Source: Chlorokybus atmophyticus
Taxonomy: Eukaryota; Plantae; Mesostigma and Chlorokybus algae
Direction: 5' to 3'
NCBI GenBank assembly: GCA_009103225.1
Contig: RHPI01003369.1
Coordinates: 1,516,017-1,580,016 of the forward strand
Length of the DNA: 64,000 nucleotides
This document shows, piece after piece, positions 1 through 11,734 of the stretch (positions are counted from its first letter, which is position 1; the number at the start of each line of letters is the position of its first letter). A program made the translations under genes and the position numbers. The notes beneath the pieces are model-generated. The model was not told where the DNA came from. It saw only the letters and a list, made by a program, of their open reading frames with translations, and did no database searches.

Positions 1-2913
1 ACGGTGAAAGTTTATGACTGCACTGCAGCAGCTCATGACAATTGCTGGAGTGCGTGTGATTGATTGCATTGCGTACCTCTTGCACAATTGTCACAACCTC
101 TTTATCAAACAGATTGTCCCACAAACCATCCGTGGCCAAGAGAATTGTGTCTCCAAGCCTCAGCTGGTACTCGATCACCTGCAGACACACATAACTTATC
201 CTCCGCTGTCATGTTGCACATGCACGTAACAGTGAAATACTTACATCCGCATCCACGGCCAGATCAGCAGCAAACTTGAAGCTTCCGTCACTAGCAAATT
301 GTAGGGGGCAGTTGAAATAATGCTCAAGCACAGGACTGGAATACACTATCCGATCATTTCTGATTATCCTGAAGCCGCTATCTCCCAAATTGCCCGCAAC
401 CAAATCGCCTTCTGGTGACAGTGTAATCACGCACCTGCCATGCAAATTGTTATAGGTTCTTGCATCTGAACAGACACCATCCATGAAACAGCCTTGCAGA
501 GACACCAGGCCACAATTGCACCATTAGAGTCTACTCATGCAGGGGCAAAGTGTATCACCCCGGACCCCAACAGGTCATACAGGCAGCTGGGTGAACGCTG
601 CTGCCTGAAACTGATGACTTCAGCTGTCAAGAACATAAGCCGAGTGCGCCCCCATTTGTAAACGATTGGGGTACACTCGGCTTTTGCTTGGTGCATTTGA
701 GGTGAGGTAAACTTGCAATGCTCGGTATAGGTATGATCGTGCCATACATGGTTGCGGCGCCTGGTGCTGTTGTCCTGGCTTGAGACAGAGCCAACATGCG
801 CCGTGGATGACCATCTGCCTGCCACGCATGCATGCATGAGCGGTGTGAACACTGCAAGTGCCCACACGGATGATGTGCTTAGCATGCACTCACTTCACCG
901 TCCTCAACGATTATTTGCGCTGAGGACATCAACTGTTGTGCAAAGATCTTGGGGTCCACTCCATCCGCTGCACACCTGACAATCTGTACATTAGGGAGTG
1001 CCCCCCGCATGTCTTTCTTGTTGGCACGTCAATATGGACAACCTTGACAAACTGCCAACACGCTAGCAGTATGTTGCTGGCATTCATCACTGGCAAACCA
1101 CCCACACAAAGACTCACCCGCTCACGCCGTCTGAAACACCAATCGCTCCACCCCTCCTTCTTGATATGAACCACGCATCTTCACCACCTTTTGCAGCCTA
1201 GATTGGAAGCAATGAGTGTGAACACAGTGTACAGTACATAGCTGACATTTCCAATGATGAGTGCTGCCGCGCTCACCTTGTCTTTATGAGGAATGTTAGC
1301 CACTCCCACAGCCAAGGCCACTGGAGGGGCAGGTAGTCGAGGTGGCTGCTCCCTGCCAAGTCAGGGACATTTTGTTGGCCACTGGCACAAACATTTCAAG
1401 CAAAGTCACAAACAAAACCCTGCAGCTTAACTAGCCAAGCAGCCCCCCCCCGTAGCTGAGTGCCTGCACCCCAAACACCACCTTGCCCACGTCACTCGGC
1501 ACCCGCAGCCTCGACACCCTGAAACGCGGTACAAACGCCGCCCCGAGCCACTCCCACACGGGAGGGGTTGTATCATCAACCACATCACCATCCACATTCC
1601 CATCGACATCGACGACAGAGATTTTCTCCAAGTGGTAGAACACGTCCCAACGCAGAGGTGCCACGTCGCACATGTCCACGTCCCACCCNNNNNNNNNNNN
1701 NNNNNNNNNNGCCCTGGGAACAAAGGAAAGAGATTGTGCAAAGAAGAGCATCACAGACAGATGCCTTGACTATCAACGTTGTGAAGGCAATGGTGCAAGG
1801 GTCAATTCATCCATCATGCAATGTTTCTGTTGACGCCATGTAGTAGCCAAGGTTGTAATTCAATTTAATTCAAGTTAGCAACGTGTTGGATCCTCAGCAA
1901 TGTATGAGTGCGTGCCTGCCATGAGCATGCACAATGGGCAAGGGACTGGCTGTTGACCTATGCCCATTGGGAAAAGCAATTGCGCAAAAACGAGCACCAC
2001 AGACAGGTGCCTCATTATCAACGTTGTGAAGGCAATGGTGCAATTCATCAAGTCCTCCAGCATGCAATGTTTCAATTGATGACGCCATCTAGTAGCCAAG
2101 AAATCCACATCAGCAACGTAGAAGATCCTCAGCAATATACGTATGCGTGCGTGCCATGAGCATGCACAATGGCCAAGGGACTGGCAGTTGATCTATGCTG
2201 GCTACAGGCATGCTTGCAAAACGGACAAACGCATACGATACTGCTACTTGCTGGCATGCAACTATCGTCACATGAAACGCATGAGACCACCATGCCGCTT
2301 ACTCGGCAAGCAGCGCCTCTTCCTGCGCAACCCGCTGCCGCCACTTGATGAGCTGCTGCGCCTCGTCATCTGAAAGCTGCTGCACCCCCTCCGCAACCTC
2401 AATGAGCTGGTCGTCCTCGTCAACGTACAGAGACGCCCGCACCCTGAAGTCCCCTGCCCCTCTTCTCCTACCACCAATGCTGCTAGCGTCCCATCCGAAA
2501 CCCCTCGACAACCGCATGCATGCCTGCAGTCAAGACGACATGCTCAATCTTGCTTGAGTGCATTGGCAACGAGCAAGCAACCAAGCAATCAATGAACCAA
2601 CCAAACGACCAGTCAAGCGAGCATGCTGGTTCTGACCAAGACAAGACGCGAATCGGTCACGACCAAATGCTTCCGCGAACAACAACAGCAATGCCCTTCT
2701 GCTTACCTGCTGTTGTGTGCAAGGGGAGGGACCAATGCTGCAGCGGCAAGCTCCCAGCAGTGACGACGGCGACGCCCGTGGCAAGCTGAAGCATGCGCTC
2801 TGCTTGTGCATCTGCTGCCGCCGCAAGCTTGCACCAACAGCAGCGGGCTGGCAGACTACATGCAACCTTAAAATGGAAGAGGACGAGGAGCAGCAGGAGG
2901 CTGTCGCCGCCAT
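1..2913 (-). CDS. PBCP: Plastid PP2C phosphatase of the PTC7/PBCP family (photosystem II core phosphatase-like); spliced; 3' end runs off the window start
   Basis: Exon 1 (ATG 2913, donor at 2706) encodes a Ser/Ala-rich transit peptide, MAATASCCSSSSSILRLH. Exon 2523-2303 joins in frame to an exon starting at 1352. Later exons give NIPHKDK, KGGEDAWFISRRRGGAIGVSDGVSG, DGVDPKIFAQQLM, NLGDSGFRIIR, HYFNCPLQF and ATDGLWDNLFD, which are PTC7/PBCP motifs. Confidence 0.85.
1431..1688 (-). other. Orphan coding-like fragment inside a PBCP intron, resembling the C-terminal domain of cytosolic ENGase (GH85)
   Basis: Open frame WDVFYHLEK...VWEWLGAAFVPRFRVSRLRVPSDVGKVVFGVQALSYGG. It recalls the plant ENGase C-terminus (FLGVA...Y.V.EL.V.SDV..V.FVVQA...G). 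It is bounded by an N gap (1689-1710) and a G-run. The identity is from memory only. Confidence 0.35.
1733..2197. repeat. Degenerate tandem duplication, unit ~245 bp, intronic
   Basis: Blocks such as cacagacag, tatcaacgttgtgaaggcaatggtgcaa, gacgccat.tagtagccaag, gatcctcagcaat and ccatgagcatgcacaatgg recur at ~1733-1963 and ~1978-2197. Confidence 0.85.
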
Positions 2914-3583
2914 CCTCACCGCCCACCTCTCAACTACGCCCTCCAGCTCAACTGCTACAGAGCACAAGGCCAGCACAGGTGAGCAGGTAACTCCACATTT
3001 CCAAAATTCCCACATGAAGATCTCAACGAACGGCTGAAGCTGCGCGCGCAGACTGTGACGCCAATGCAACCGTCCGATGACACACCCAGCGCTTATGCCT
3101 GCGTGGCTTGTTATAGAGTTGGCCCAGCACAGGGGAATGTTGATCCTTCTTGTAAAAGGTTTTGTACAACACATGATGAGTGGTGACTGGCCTCAAAAAT
3201 GGCCTAAGGTGTTTCCCCAACCAATTCTTGTTACTTCTGTAATGGACACCTCAACCGCCTGACCCCCCCCAAATGAATCCCTTTTACAAGACCGGATCGC
3301 TACGGTTGGATGTGACGCTTGTGCCACGATTGATAGCTTCCTGGCTGATGATGACTTAGAGGGCATACATAGACAGTTGTACAAAAGATGCAAGCTGCAT
3401 CATGTGCATGCGTAAGACATGCCATGGCGTGTTGCAGGTAACATGAATTATGATGTTCACAGCTGTATCAGAGTGTGCGACACGCTCACACCAACACATG
3501 CACGCAAGGCCATGTTGCACTCTAGGCCATGTTGCACTCTTAGCTCAGCTTACACAAACCATACGTAACGTGATTAGCGTGCA

Positions 3584-5804
3584 TCACGTCCTGTTGAAGT
3601 CGTCATCAAATTCTATCCTATCGAGATCAACATCGTAATAGTCGTTGCCAGCACGCGCTGGTGGCTGCTGCAATGCGCGCCACCCCAAGCTGCCTCTGCG
3701 GAAGTCGTTGAGCAGCCTCTCGCCAGCTTGATTGATGTCCCCCTGGTACTTGGCTTCCGCCAAGGAATACACATAGCTGCAAACATTACAAGTAAGCTGG
3801 TGTAAGGGCAAAAAACTGCAGTGTCTCGTATTGACAGCAAATAATCATTGCCATCCTCAAGACTCACTCTTCCCCAGTGCGAAACTTGGCACTGACTCCG
3901 TATCTGCCTTCTAGAACCGCACCCATACTCTGCCCGTTGCCTGCAGAGTCACACCCATCAGCGCGAGTTGAACTCTGATCAGTTGCATATAAGCATAGGT
4001 GCGAGTTGCATGCTCTTGAGACTTATGTATACACCAGCGCGTGTAATGAAAGCACAACAAATTACCTTGTGGTAGCCGGAGCAACCGCTCTACCAAAACT
4101 GCAGCGACAGATGATGCCAAGTACGCAGCCTCTCCAATGTCATTGCAGATGGCCAGCAGCGTCGCAGCTTCTTGATCATCGATGCGCATTGGAAGCACGC
4201 CCGGTGCATCCAGCAAGTCCAAGTCACCTCCAATGCGGAGCCATCTGCGGCGATCAGCTTTAGTGTAAGTTGGACAGCATCATTTGTACTTACATCACTG
4301 CTGTGGAGACTCTACCTAAGATGGCGTGTCACACCAGGCTTTGGCTCACTTTTGCACAGCTTCCTTTTTAGCATCCTGTTGATAAGTGCAGACTTTCCCA
4401 CATTTGGATAACCAACAACAGCTGCGCGCATCTGCAATGACGGAGAGAGATTGCGCTTATAGCAATGCTGCGTCCCAATGTATGCAAGTTTGAGGTTGCA
4501 AGGGAGGTACGGGGACAGCTTACAGGTCGAGGAAGTAAACCCTTTTTTCTCCGCTTCTCGTTGATGCCCACACTCACAGAGAGGGCTGCTTTTGTGAGCT
4601 CATTGATCCCCTGCACACAACATGTGAGCATCGCTGGCAGCAACACTCACTACGACACAATTGCACGCATGCTCATCACCTGTACAGACCTTGCCGCTGC
4701 GCCCATCAGTGAAGATCACTCCTTGCCTGGATTGCTTGAAGTAATCAGCCCAGGCTCGTCTATCTTGTGAAGACACCATATCGTCGCGGTTGAGCACTAG
4801 TATACACTTCTTGCCATTAGCCCATTCTTTCAACTGCAGACAACGTGAGCGTCACAAACATAGACCATGATGATGTACAGCGTAACTGCCTTGCTAACAG
4901 TGAATAGGGCCATCGTACACAACCCAGTGCTTGTATGGAATTGACACCCCTAAGTTAGATCATGCAACCTCTTGTAGAATGCCTGCTGATCGACTAGTTC
5001 ACACAATGCATGCAGCAGCCAGTGTGCACTCACTGCCGGATAGCTGGTGGCCAGTGGTATGCGTGCATCTCGAACGTCCAACACCACATCAACTGAGCGC
5101 AGCTGCTCTTTCAGCAACCTCTCCGCGCGAGCAATGTGTCCAGGATACCACTGCAGCAACATAGCCACATCAGCACAAAGCAACTTCGAACGAACAGCTC
5201 CCCTCATAGACATGGCATACGTTTGCCTTGAGTTTAGTGTCAACACACAGGTGTAAGTGCAGTAACAATGCTCACTTGTACAAGGCGACCCGTTGAGACC
5301 GAAACGCCCTCGTCCAGCTCATCTGGCACAGCAGTGTTTAATACCTGAGCGCGAGGCCTCAATTGCGCGGGCGGTTGTCTCTGAGTGAAAAATGCGGAAG
5401 TAAGAACGAAGCCTTCAGTGTTGTTTGATGCATATGTGTGTGGTGCAGCTACATGCATGACATGGATATGGCAGCCAAGAGGCGCAACGTTAAGTGTGAA
5501 ATTCAAAAAACAAACAGCGATTGGCAACGACCGGTATGGGAATTTGAAACATCTTATCAACGCAGACTATCAATGCAGAAAACAAAAAAATGGCTGACAA
5601 TGCAGAATTGAATGTGAGAGAACAACGAATGAGCCACAACACGTAAGTGTCATTCACCGTGACGCTGTGCGGCCTGCGGCGGACGCCTGAGGACAGACCT
5701 CGCAAGCCGTTGCACGGCCGCTGCAGCGACAACGTGGACAACGCAACTGCGCACAAAGCTCCAGCAGCACCCTTTGTTGAAGCCCAAGATGCTGCCAACA
5801 TCAT
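3584..5804 (-). CDS. RbgA: Circularly permuted ribosome-biogenesis GTPase RbgA/YlqF (plant DGP3-like, organellar); spliced
   Basis: Exons give [40 protein letters not shown] (G4 variant), GYPNVGKS (G1), [10 protein letters not shown] (G3) and [21 protein letters not shown]-terminal transit-like peptide from ATG 5804; stop at 3584. Confidence 0.9.
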
Positions 5805-5869
5805 GCTGCAGCCACGTGGCACTCTGCCGCCACTGCCACCGCCGCCGCCGCCGCCCTCACTCACGTCCT

Positions 5870-5878
5870 AAACCCTAA
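5870..5878 (+). promoter_or_regulatory. Telo-box (AAACCCTAA) in the RbgA/HPAT divergent promoter
   Basis: Exact motif 66 bp upstream of the RbgA ATG; degenerate cctaaacctaaacc at ~5944-5957. Confidence 0.45.
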
Positions 5879-6450
5879 CAATCTGAACCCGACTGACAAC
5901 TAAGCCATTTGAGTCTAGGGGATCCGGATCAGTTTATCAACCACCTAAACCTAAACCTTGCCTGAGCGGTGACAGCAGCGGCGGCGGTGAGGGTGTTGTC
6001 GGGCGGGTGCATGCCGTCCTTTTGCCGGCTTCGAGACGCTGCTGAATTTTTATATTTTAGTGACGTATTGTTCAGCGGCGACGCCTCACTTGCGCTTCCA
6101 CGGTGGCTAGGGACTGCATTTCCACACGTTAGAACTGTACAGACAGGTCTGGTCAGCAGCTGCTGGACAGTTTTGGGTTATCTGGTTTGCATGCTGCGGG
6201 CAAGCAGAGTTTCACTGTGTATTGCATGCTGTCACGCCTCCATGAGCTGCGTACGCCAGAGATAACAGCTGTCCGGTCAAGTGTCAGTTGGACATGGGCA
6301 CCTCAGACTTGGACAGTTGGTTCAAGATTGTGAGTAGCATTGCGCGCACGTGTTCACATTCGACTTTGTAACGGTGTGAATGTACGTGCAGGTGTTGGAA
6401 GTGCTTGAAGTTCATTGCTGCAGTAAGTCGGATATGCGAGCAGCGGCGGC

Positions 6451-9039
6451 ATGGCGCTGAGCTTCTGGCGCAATAGCATTATAGCCTTGGCTGTGGTGGT
6501 GGCGCTGCTGACTCTGTTCAGGGGACACGGCAACGAGGGGCATACACCGAAATCAGCACTCTTGCGTGCGACCGAGACACTCTCCGAGCAAACCAAGTTC
6601 ACGAGGCCAGCCAAGGGCGCAAGCAGAAAGGAGTCTGTGGAGCATGCGCCCAAACACAGACACGATCACAAACATGAGCAGGTGGAGTTGCTTTTGACAG
6701 TGGTTATGTTTAGGTTGTGGCTTGCCATGCATGTGAATCGTATGCATTTCGCATTCATTGGCCATTGTTGCCAGCGACTGAAGTGTGTTGGTACGGTGCT
6801 CGTTCAACAGGCTCATCCGCCGCCCAGTGTGATTGAGCAGAAGGTGCAACAACACCAGCAGCAGCAGCAACAACAACAGCAACACGAGCAGGCACAAAAG
6901 CAAGTGCAGCAACAAAAAGAGCAGCAGCTAAAACAACCGCAACAAGAACAGCAGCAGCAGCAACATTCTGTGGCAACTCAATCCAAGATAGGCTGTCACA
7001 TATCACCACACACAGACTACTGGGGTGATGTATGTGCTTCCCTTTTCCTCCCCTTTCTGTTTGGTACAAAAGCAGCTGCTATGCAGCAAGCTGGCCACCT
7101 TACGCAGTGGGCCTTTGTGCACAGGTGGTCTTGTGGGGTGCCAACCATATACAACCGACAGCTGAAGCCTGCTGCGATGCGTGTCAAAGTTTTAAACCTC
7201 CCAGAGCTGATGGAGACCCTTGCAACATATGGGTGCGTACAGTGTGCCATGCATGTGGGATGAGAAAAAAGCGGGTTGTGTTAGTTGGTCATATTGAGGT
7301 CAATTATTGCTGTTCAGGTCTGGTGTGGTCAACCAGAGGGCTGTGCAGAAAAGCAACCTTTTGGTGCCTGCTGGTTGAAGTATGCTCCACACCCTCGCGC
7401 TCCTGATCAGCGCAAGTCACCAGAGGTCACCTTTACAGCTGGCGCATTGTATGAAGACCCTCCTGAAGGACCACAGGGACCAGAAAGGAACTTCCATGTT
7501 GCAGTGACAGGTACGTGTCCACAAGTTGATGCTGCAGACACTGTATGTGTTCACAGTACCACCCTTGGCTGCTTGTCTAGCTTGGCTTGGTTGAATTCAA
7601 CTTAGTGAACTGCCTCTGCAGCTACGGACTCGGTGTACCAGCAGTGGCAAATGCGAATCATGTACTACTGGTACAAGAAAATGAAGGCTTCTGATCCTCG
7701 TAAGCACTGTGTTTGGCCCTACAGGGATTGACATAGCCTTAGAATCGCTGTCTAACAGCTAATCTTTCGCTTGCAGACACTCAGATGGGAGGCTTTACTC
7801 GCATCTTGCACAGCGGCAAGCCGGATGCTTACATGGATGAGATACCATCATATGTTGTGAACAGACTTGAAGGTATTGTGGCAACAATTGTTTTGCTGAA
7901 CTTCTGCAAGTATCTTCTTACAGTTAGGTAGTTGTGGCCAGCACTAACAGGGCGTGCTTTGGGCAGATGAACATGGGTTTGTTGTGCTCAGCCGGCCATA
8001 CGCATTTGTACAGGCAGGTTTTTACAACTTGTGCTGGCATGCACTGTTTGAACTGTTGCTCATCGCAGCTCATTGCGCAGTGGCTTGAGAAGGCTGACAT
8101 CCCGGAGAAGTATATACTGATGTCCGAGCCTGACCACCTCTTCCTGCGGCCTCTACCAAACCTGATGGTAGCATGCTTGTGGTGGTTGTGCCTAGTCCTG
8201 CTGCTTCTCTGCCCAATCTTTCTTGCGTTCACCTCCATTGCTCTTAACAACTTTTATATGCAGATTGGTGAGAAGCCAGCAGCATTTCCTTTCTTTTATA
8301 TCAAGCCTTCCGAGTTCCCCGCGTAAGTTGCTGTCTGTGAACAAACATGGCTAGCACTCATAGACGCATCATCATCAACAACCGCTCAGTGCATCTAGTG
8401 GTGCATGTGGTTGAAGCCAGCAGCATCATGTGCACCTATGCCGCAGATTGGTGCGCAAGTATGTTGGCAACATTAGCGACAAGGAGCTACGCGCCATGGA
8501 TCCTGTCGGCAGCTCCCCAGACCTGTTAAGCAAGGAGGCAAGTTACCAGTGCTACGTTAGCATTGCATATGTGTGTGCATGCATGCTGGTATGGCCTGAA
8601 TTGAAAAACCCAACACCATCAACAGGATCTGAAGAGGCTTGCTCCTCGATGGATGAACCTCACCATCACCATGAAGGTCGATCCCGAGGCAGACAAAGCT
8701 TGGGGTTGGGTGTTGGAGATGTGGGCGTACACATGTGCCGCACAGCTGGAGAACATCCATCATGACTTGCATCCGCTGTTGGCAGCGCAGCCACCTTGGG
8801 ATCGCGAGAGTGGTGACTTCTACATTTTGCACTATACGTATGGCTGTGACTATGACCTGCAAGGAAGCTTCACACCGGGGAAGATTGGGCAATGGCGTTT
8901 TGATAAGCGAGCCTTCTCATCATCATGGCCACCAAAGAACTACACCAAACCTCCCAAGGGTGTGCCGGAGCTGACTGTCAGGTTGATAGACATGATCAAT
9001 GAGGCTACAGCCAACTTGCCGAATTGGGGATCTTCATGA
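6451..9039 (+). CDS. HPAT: Hydroxyproline O-arabinosyltransferase (GT95) with N-terminal membrane anchor, poly-Q stem and PAN/apple-like module; spliced
   Basis: TM anchor [14 protein letters not shown]. Catalytic motifs YQQWQMRIMYYWYKK, MGGFTRILHSGKPDAYMDEIP, GFVVLSRPYAFVQWLE, YILMSEPDHLF, WGWVLEMWAY, ILHYTYGCDY and WRFDKR. Confidence 0.92.
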
Positions 9040-9551
9040 TAACTATACTAGCAGGTTTTTGATTGCTTGTGAGGTGTGCTGTTGATTGGATTGCTTGTTC
9101 TTGGTACAGTTTTGAATCCTTGCACCTCATGGTCGTATGCAAGTTCTATGTCACTAGCGCAATGAGTTGAAAAGATGTACTGTTTGAGCACACAGAACAT
9201 GCTCGCGAACATGTGTGACAATGCCATATTATTCATGGTTAAGCATCAGAGCATGGCAGCATACAAGCAAACGTAAGCAAAGCTGCAAAGGGCTAGCCCA
9301 AACCTTTTGCTAGCAAACACACCTGCAGGGTGGCGCAAACTCTTCCCCACCCACCCACTACAGCAGCGACAAGACTAACCTGTGTGTACACCGCCACAGT
9401 CAGTCATTGCCAAAAGTGGGCAGTGAGATTGTGGTCGCCACATGCATTAAGTGACGTGTAGGACCACGCAACTGATGATGTCGTTACATCGCGTGTCTCA
9501 CTCCGATGTGCGACCCGTGTCGTTTACAAATGGCAGCATTACATTACTAGT

Positions 9552-9554
<3 letters not shown>

Positions 9555-9585
<31 letters not shown>

Positions 9586-9609
9586 ACGCGCGCGCGCGTG
9601 CGCGCGCGT
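9555..9609. repeat. Alternating purine-pyrimidine tract: (TG)n followed by a (CG)-rich run
   Basis: tgtg...tgtgcacgcgcgcgcgcgtgcgcgcgcgt, about 55 bp of uninterrupted alternation. Confidence 0.9.
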
Positions 9610-10398
9610 CTTTAGAACGCTTGTAAAACACTTGTTAAACTTCAACTTTGCACGTTTTAGTAAAACAGTGTTTTAATGACGACATAAATATGATGCGCAT
9701 CATCACGAGCACATACACAACGATGTAAGCCAAGAAATGCATTTTGCATGATACAAATGGCTTGTGAGTGCTCAAGTTACATTGCGAAGTAGCTAAACAG
9801 ACTTGTATTCGCATGCATTGACATCGTATATGTAATGTACAAATGGAGGGTTGATGAACTTGAATTTCAACGGGTTGAATGTTGGTGATTGGCCACAATA
9901 TGTCATTACCGTCATGATCAATTGTAGTTACGCTTGAGTAAAGTCACGCACCATCGACTCTTTGGTTTGAAGCAGATGATTGAGTTGTTGATGTGTGTCA
10001 GCAGATTGCAACTTGCAAGGCCGCAATAAACGATATGTTACATATATTACATGTTGATGCAACCTTAAAGGTTGCATCACATGTGCATGCTGTGCTGACA
10101 TCTCGGCGAAGCTTGAAACACTACACCGATATCCGGCCTGCGCCAGCCCCCACGTTAGCAGCCTCCACCGCCTAACGACAAGCACGCCACTATTACGTAA
10201 CGTAATCAAACCTCGTGTGCGCTGTGTACTTGTATTATGGTAGTGGTATGAGCCAAGTGACATGACGAACGAACGACAGACCAGTTGAGGTCAAAGGTGA
10301 GCTATAGTTCTGCCAGCTGTGCAAAATGGTAGCTTAGAGTCTGCCTTGCGCTTAGCTGCTGCATTGTCGCTTGAAGTTGTGTTGTCGTGCTGCTCGAC

Positions 10399-11734
10399 AT
10401 GGCCACCGCTGCAGCAGCAGCTGTCGCTCAGGTGTGCGCTGCGTCGTCCTCGGCATGCGTCCAATCCCGCCCAATTGCTCCAGCGCGGGCGGCTCTCAGG
10501 CGAGCTGGGCCCTCTGTTGCTCCCAGGCTGCCCCGTCGCCAGAGTAAGTGCTTCGTGTCATTTGAACACGACTAGCGTGAAGATTTTGTTGCGCGCTAGA
10601 TTATGCCCAGCTGTGCATGAGCCTCCAGTTGAGATTGGCAGCTGTATGCATGACGCATGAAGCTTGAGCATCCAATCATGTAAGGGAAGTTGTTGGTTGT
10701 TGCGTTGACAGTGTGCTCTTTCTACTCAATGTGCATATACGTGTCGCTTCACCGCTGCGCGTCGGTTGCAGTCGTGCGCATGGCCTTCAACTTCAAGAAG
10801 ACGGAGACTGCTCCTGAGCCTGTGCGAACCACCTCCGTCGACACCGAAGCGTTGCAAGGGCAGCTCACCGGCACCATTGACGAACTCAAGGCAAAGGTAC
10901 TGTCGCACGCTTGTTAACAATAATTATCCAGCAGTAACTCGCAGCAATGCATGCAGCACGCACCATGTATACTCATGCACCAGTGCATGAGTATACCTGA
11001 TAGACAAGCACAGTGGCAAGTGCTGTGGGGAGCAAGTGAGTGGCAGTAGTTACCTTCTAGATTCCGACGAAAGCAGTACATATAAACAAGCAACGGCAGA
11101 GCCTATTCTCATATTGCCATTGTGACGTTCATCGGTTGTGTATCAAGTCTGCAATGCGGTGTTGTAACATGCGTGTGTCGCTTGCAGTGGGACGCCACTG
11201 AGGAGAAGTACGCAGTTGTGGCGCTGACGCTTTCTGGGTTTGTGGCTGTATGGGCTATCTCTGGCGTCGTTGGGGTAAATGATAGCTCATTGTGGTGACA
11301 TGCATGCAGCATAGGTTGTGCAATACGAGCACACACCGCATGGCTGCCCACTGATTGTGCTGCTTACCGCCTGTTTTGGTGCAGGCTGTCGATAGGCTGC
11401 CACTTGTTTCCAACCTATTGGAACTGGTCGGCATCTTCTACTCAGCGGTAAAAGATCAGTCGCATTCACAACTCCATGCTAAGATGAGTAAAGCGACCTT
11501 CGTACTGCGCACCTAACACTGGCTTTCCTGAGGTTTTTTACTTGTTCTGATCTTTGTGCAGTACTTTGTGTACCGCTATTTGCTATTCAAGCCCAACAGG
11601 TATCCGACTTGATCTGGTGAAGTGACATGGCATGCAAGACTGGTGTCAACGTGTCTCATCTTCACTGATTTTCTTACAGGGCTGAGCTCTTTGAAAAGCT
11701 ACAGCAACTCAAGGCGGAGATCTTTGGACAGTGA
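10399..11734 (+). CDS. CURT1: CURVATURE THYLAKOID 1 (CAAD domain) protein; spliced
   Basis: Transit peptide MATAAAAAVAQVCAASSSAC. Exons encode ELKAK|WDATEEKYAVVALTLSGFVAVWAISGVVG|AVDRLPLVSNLLELVGIFYSA|YFVYRYLLFKPNR|AELFEKLQQLKAEIFGQ*. Confidence 0.92.
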
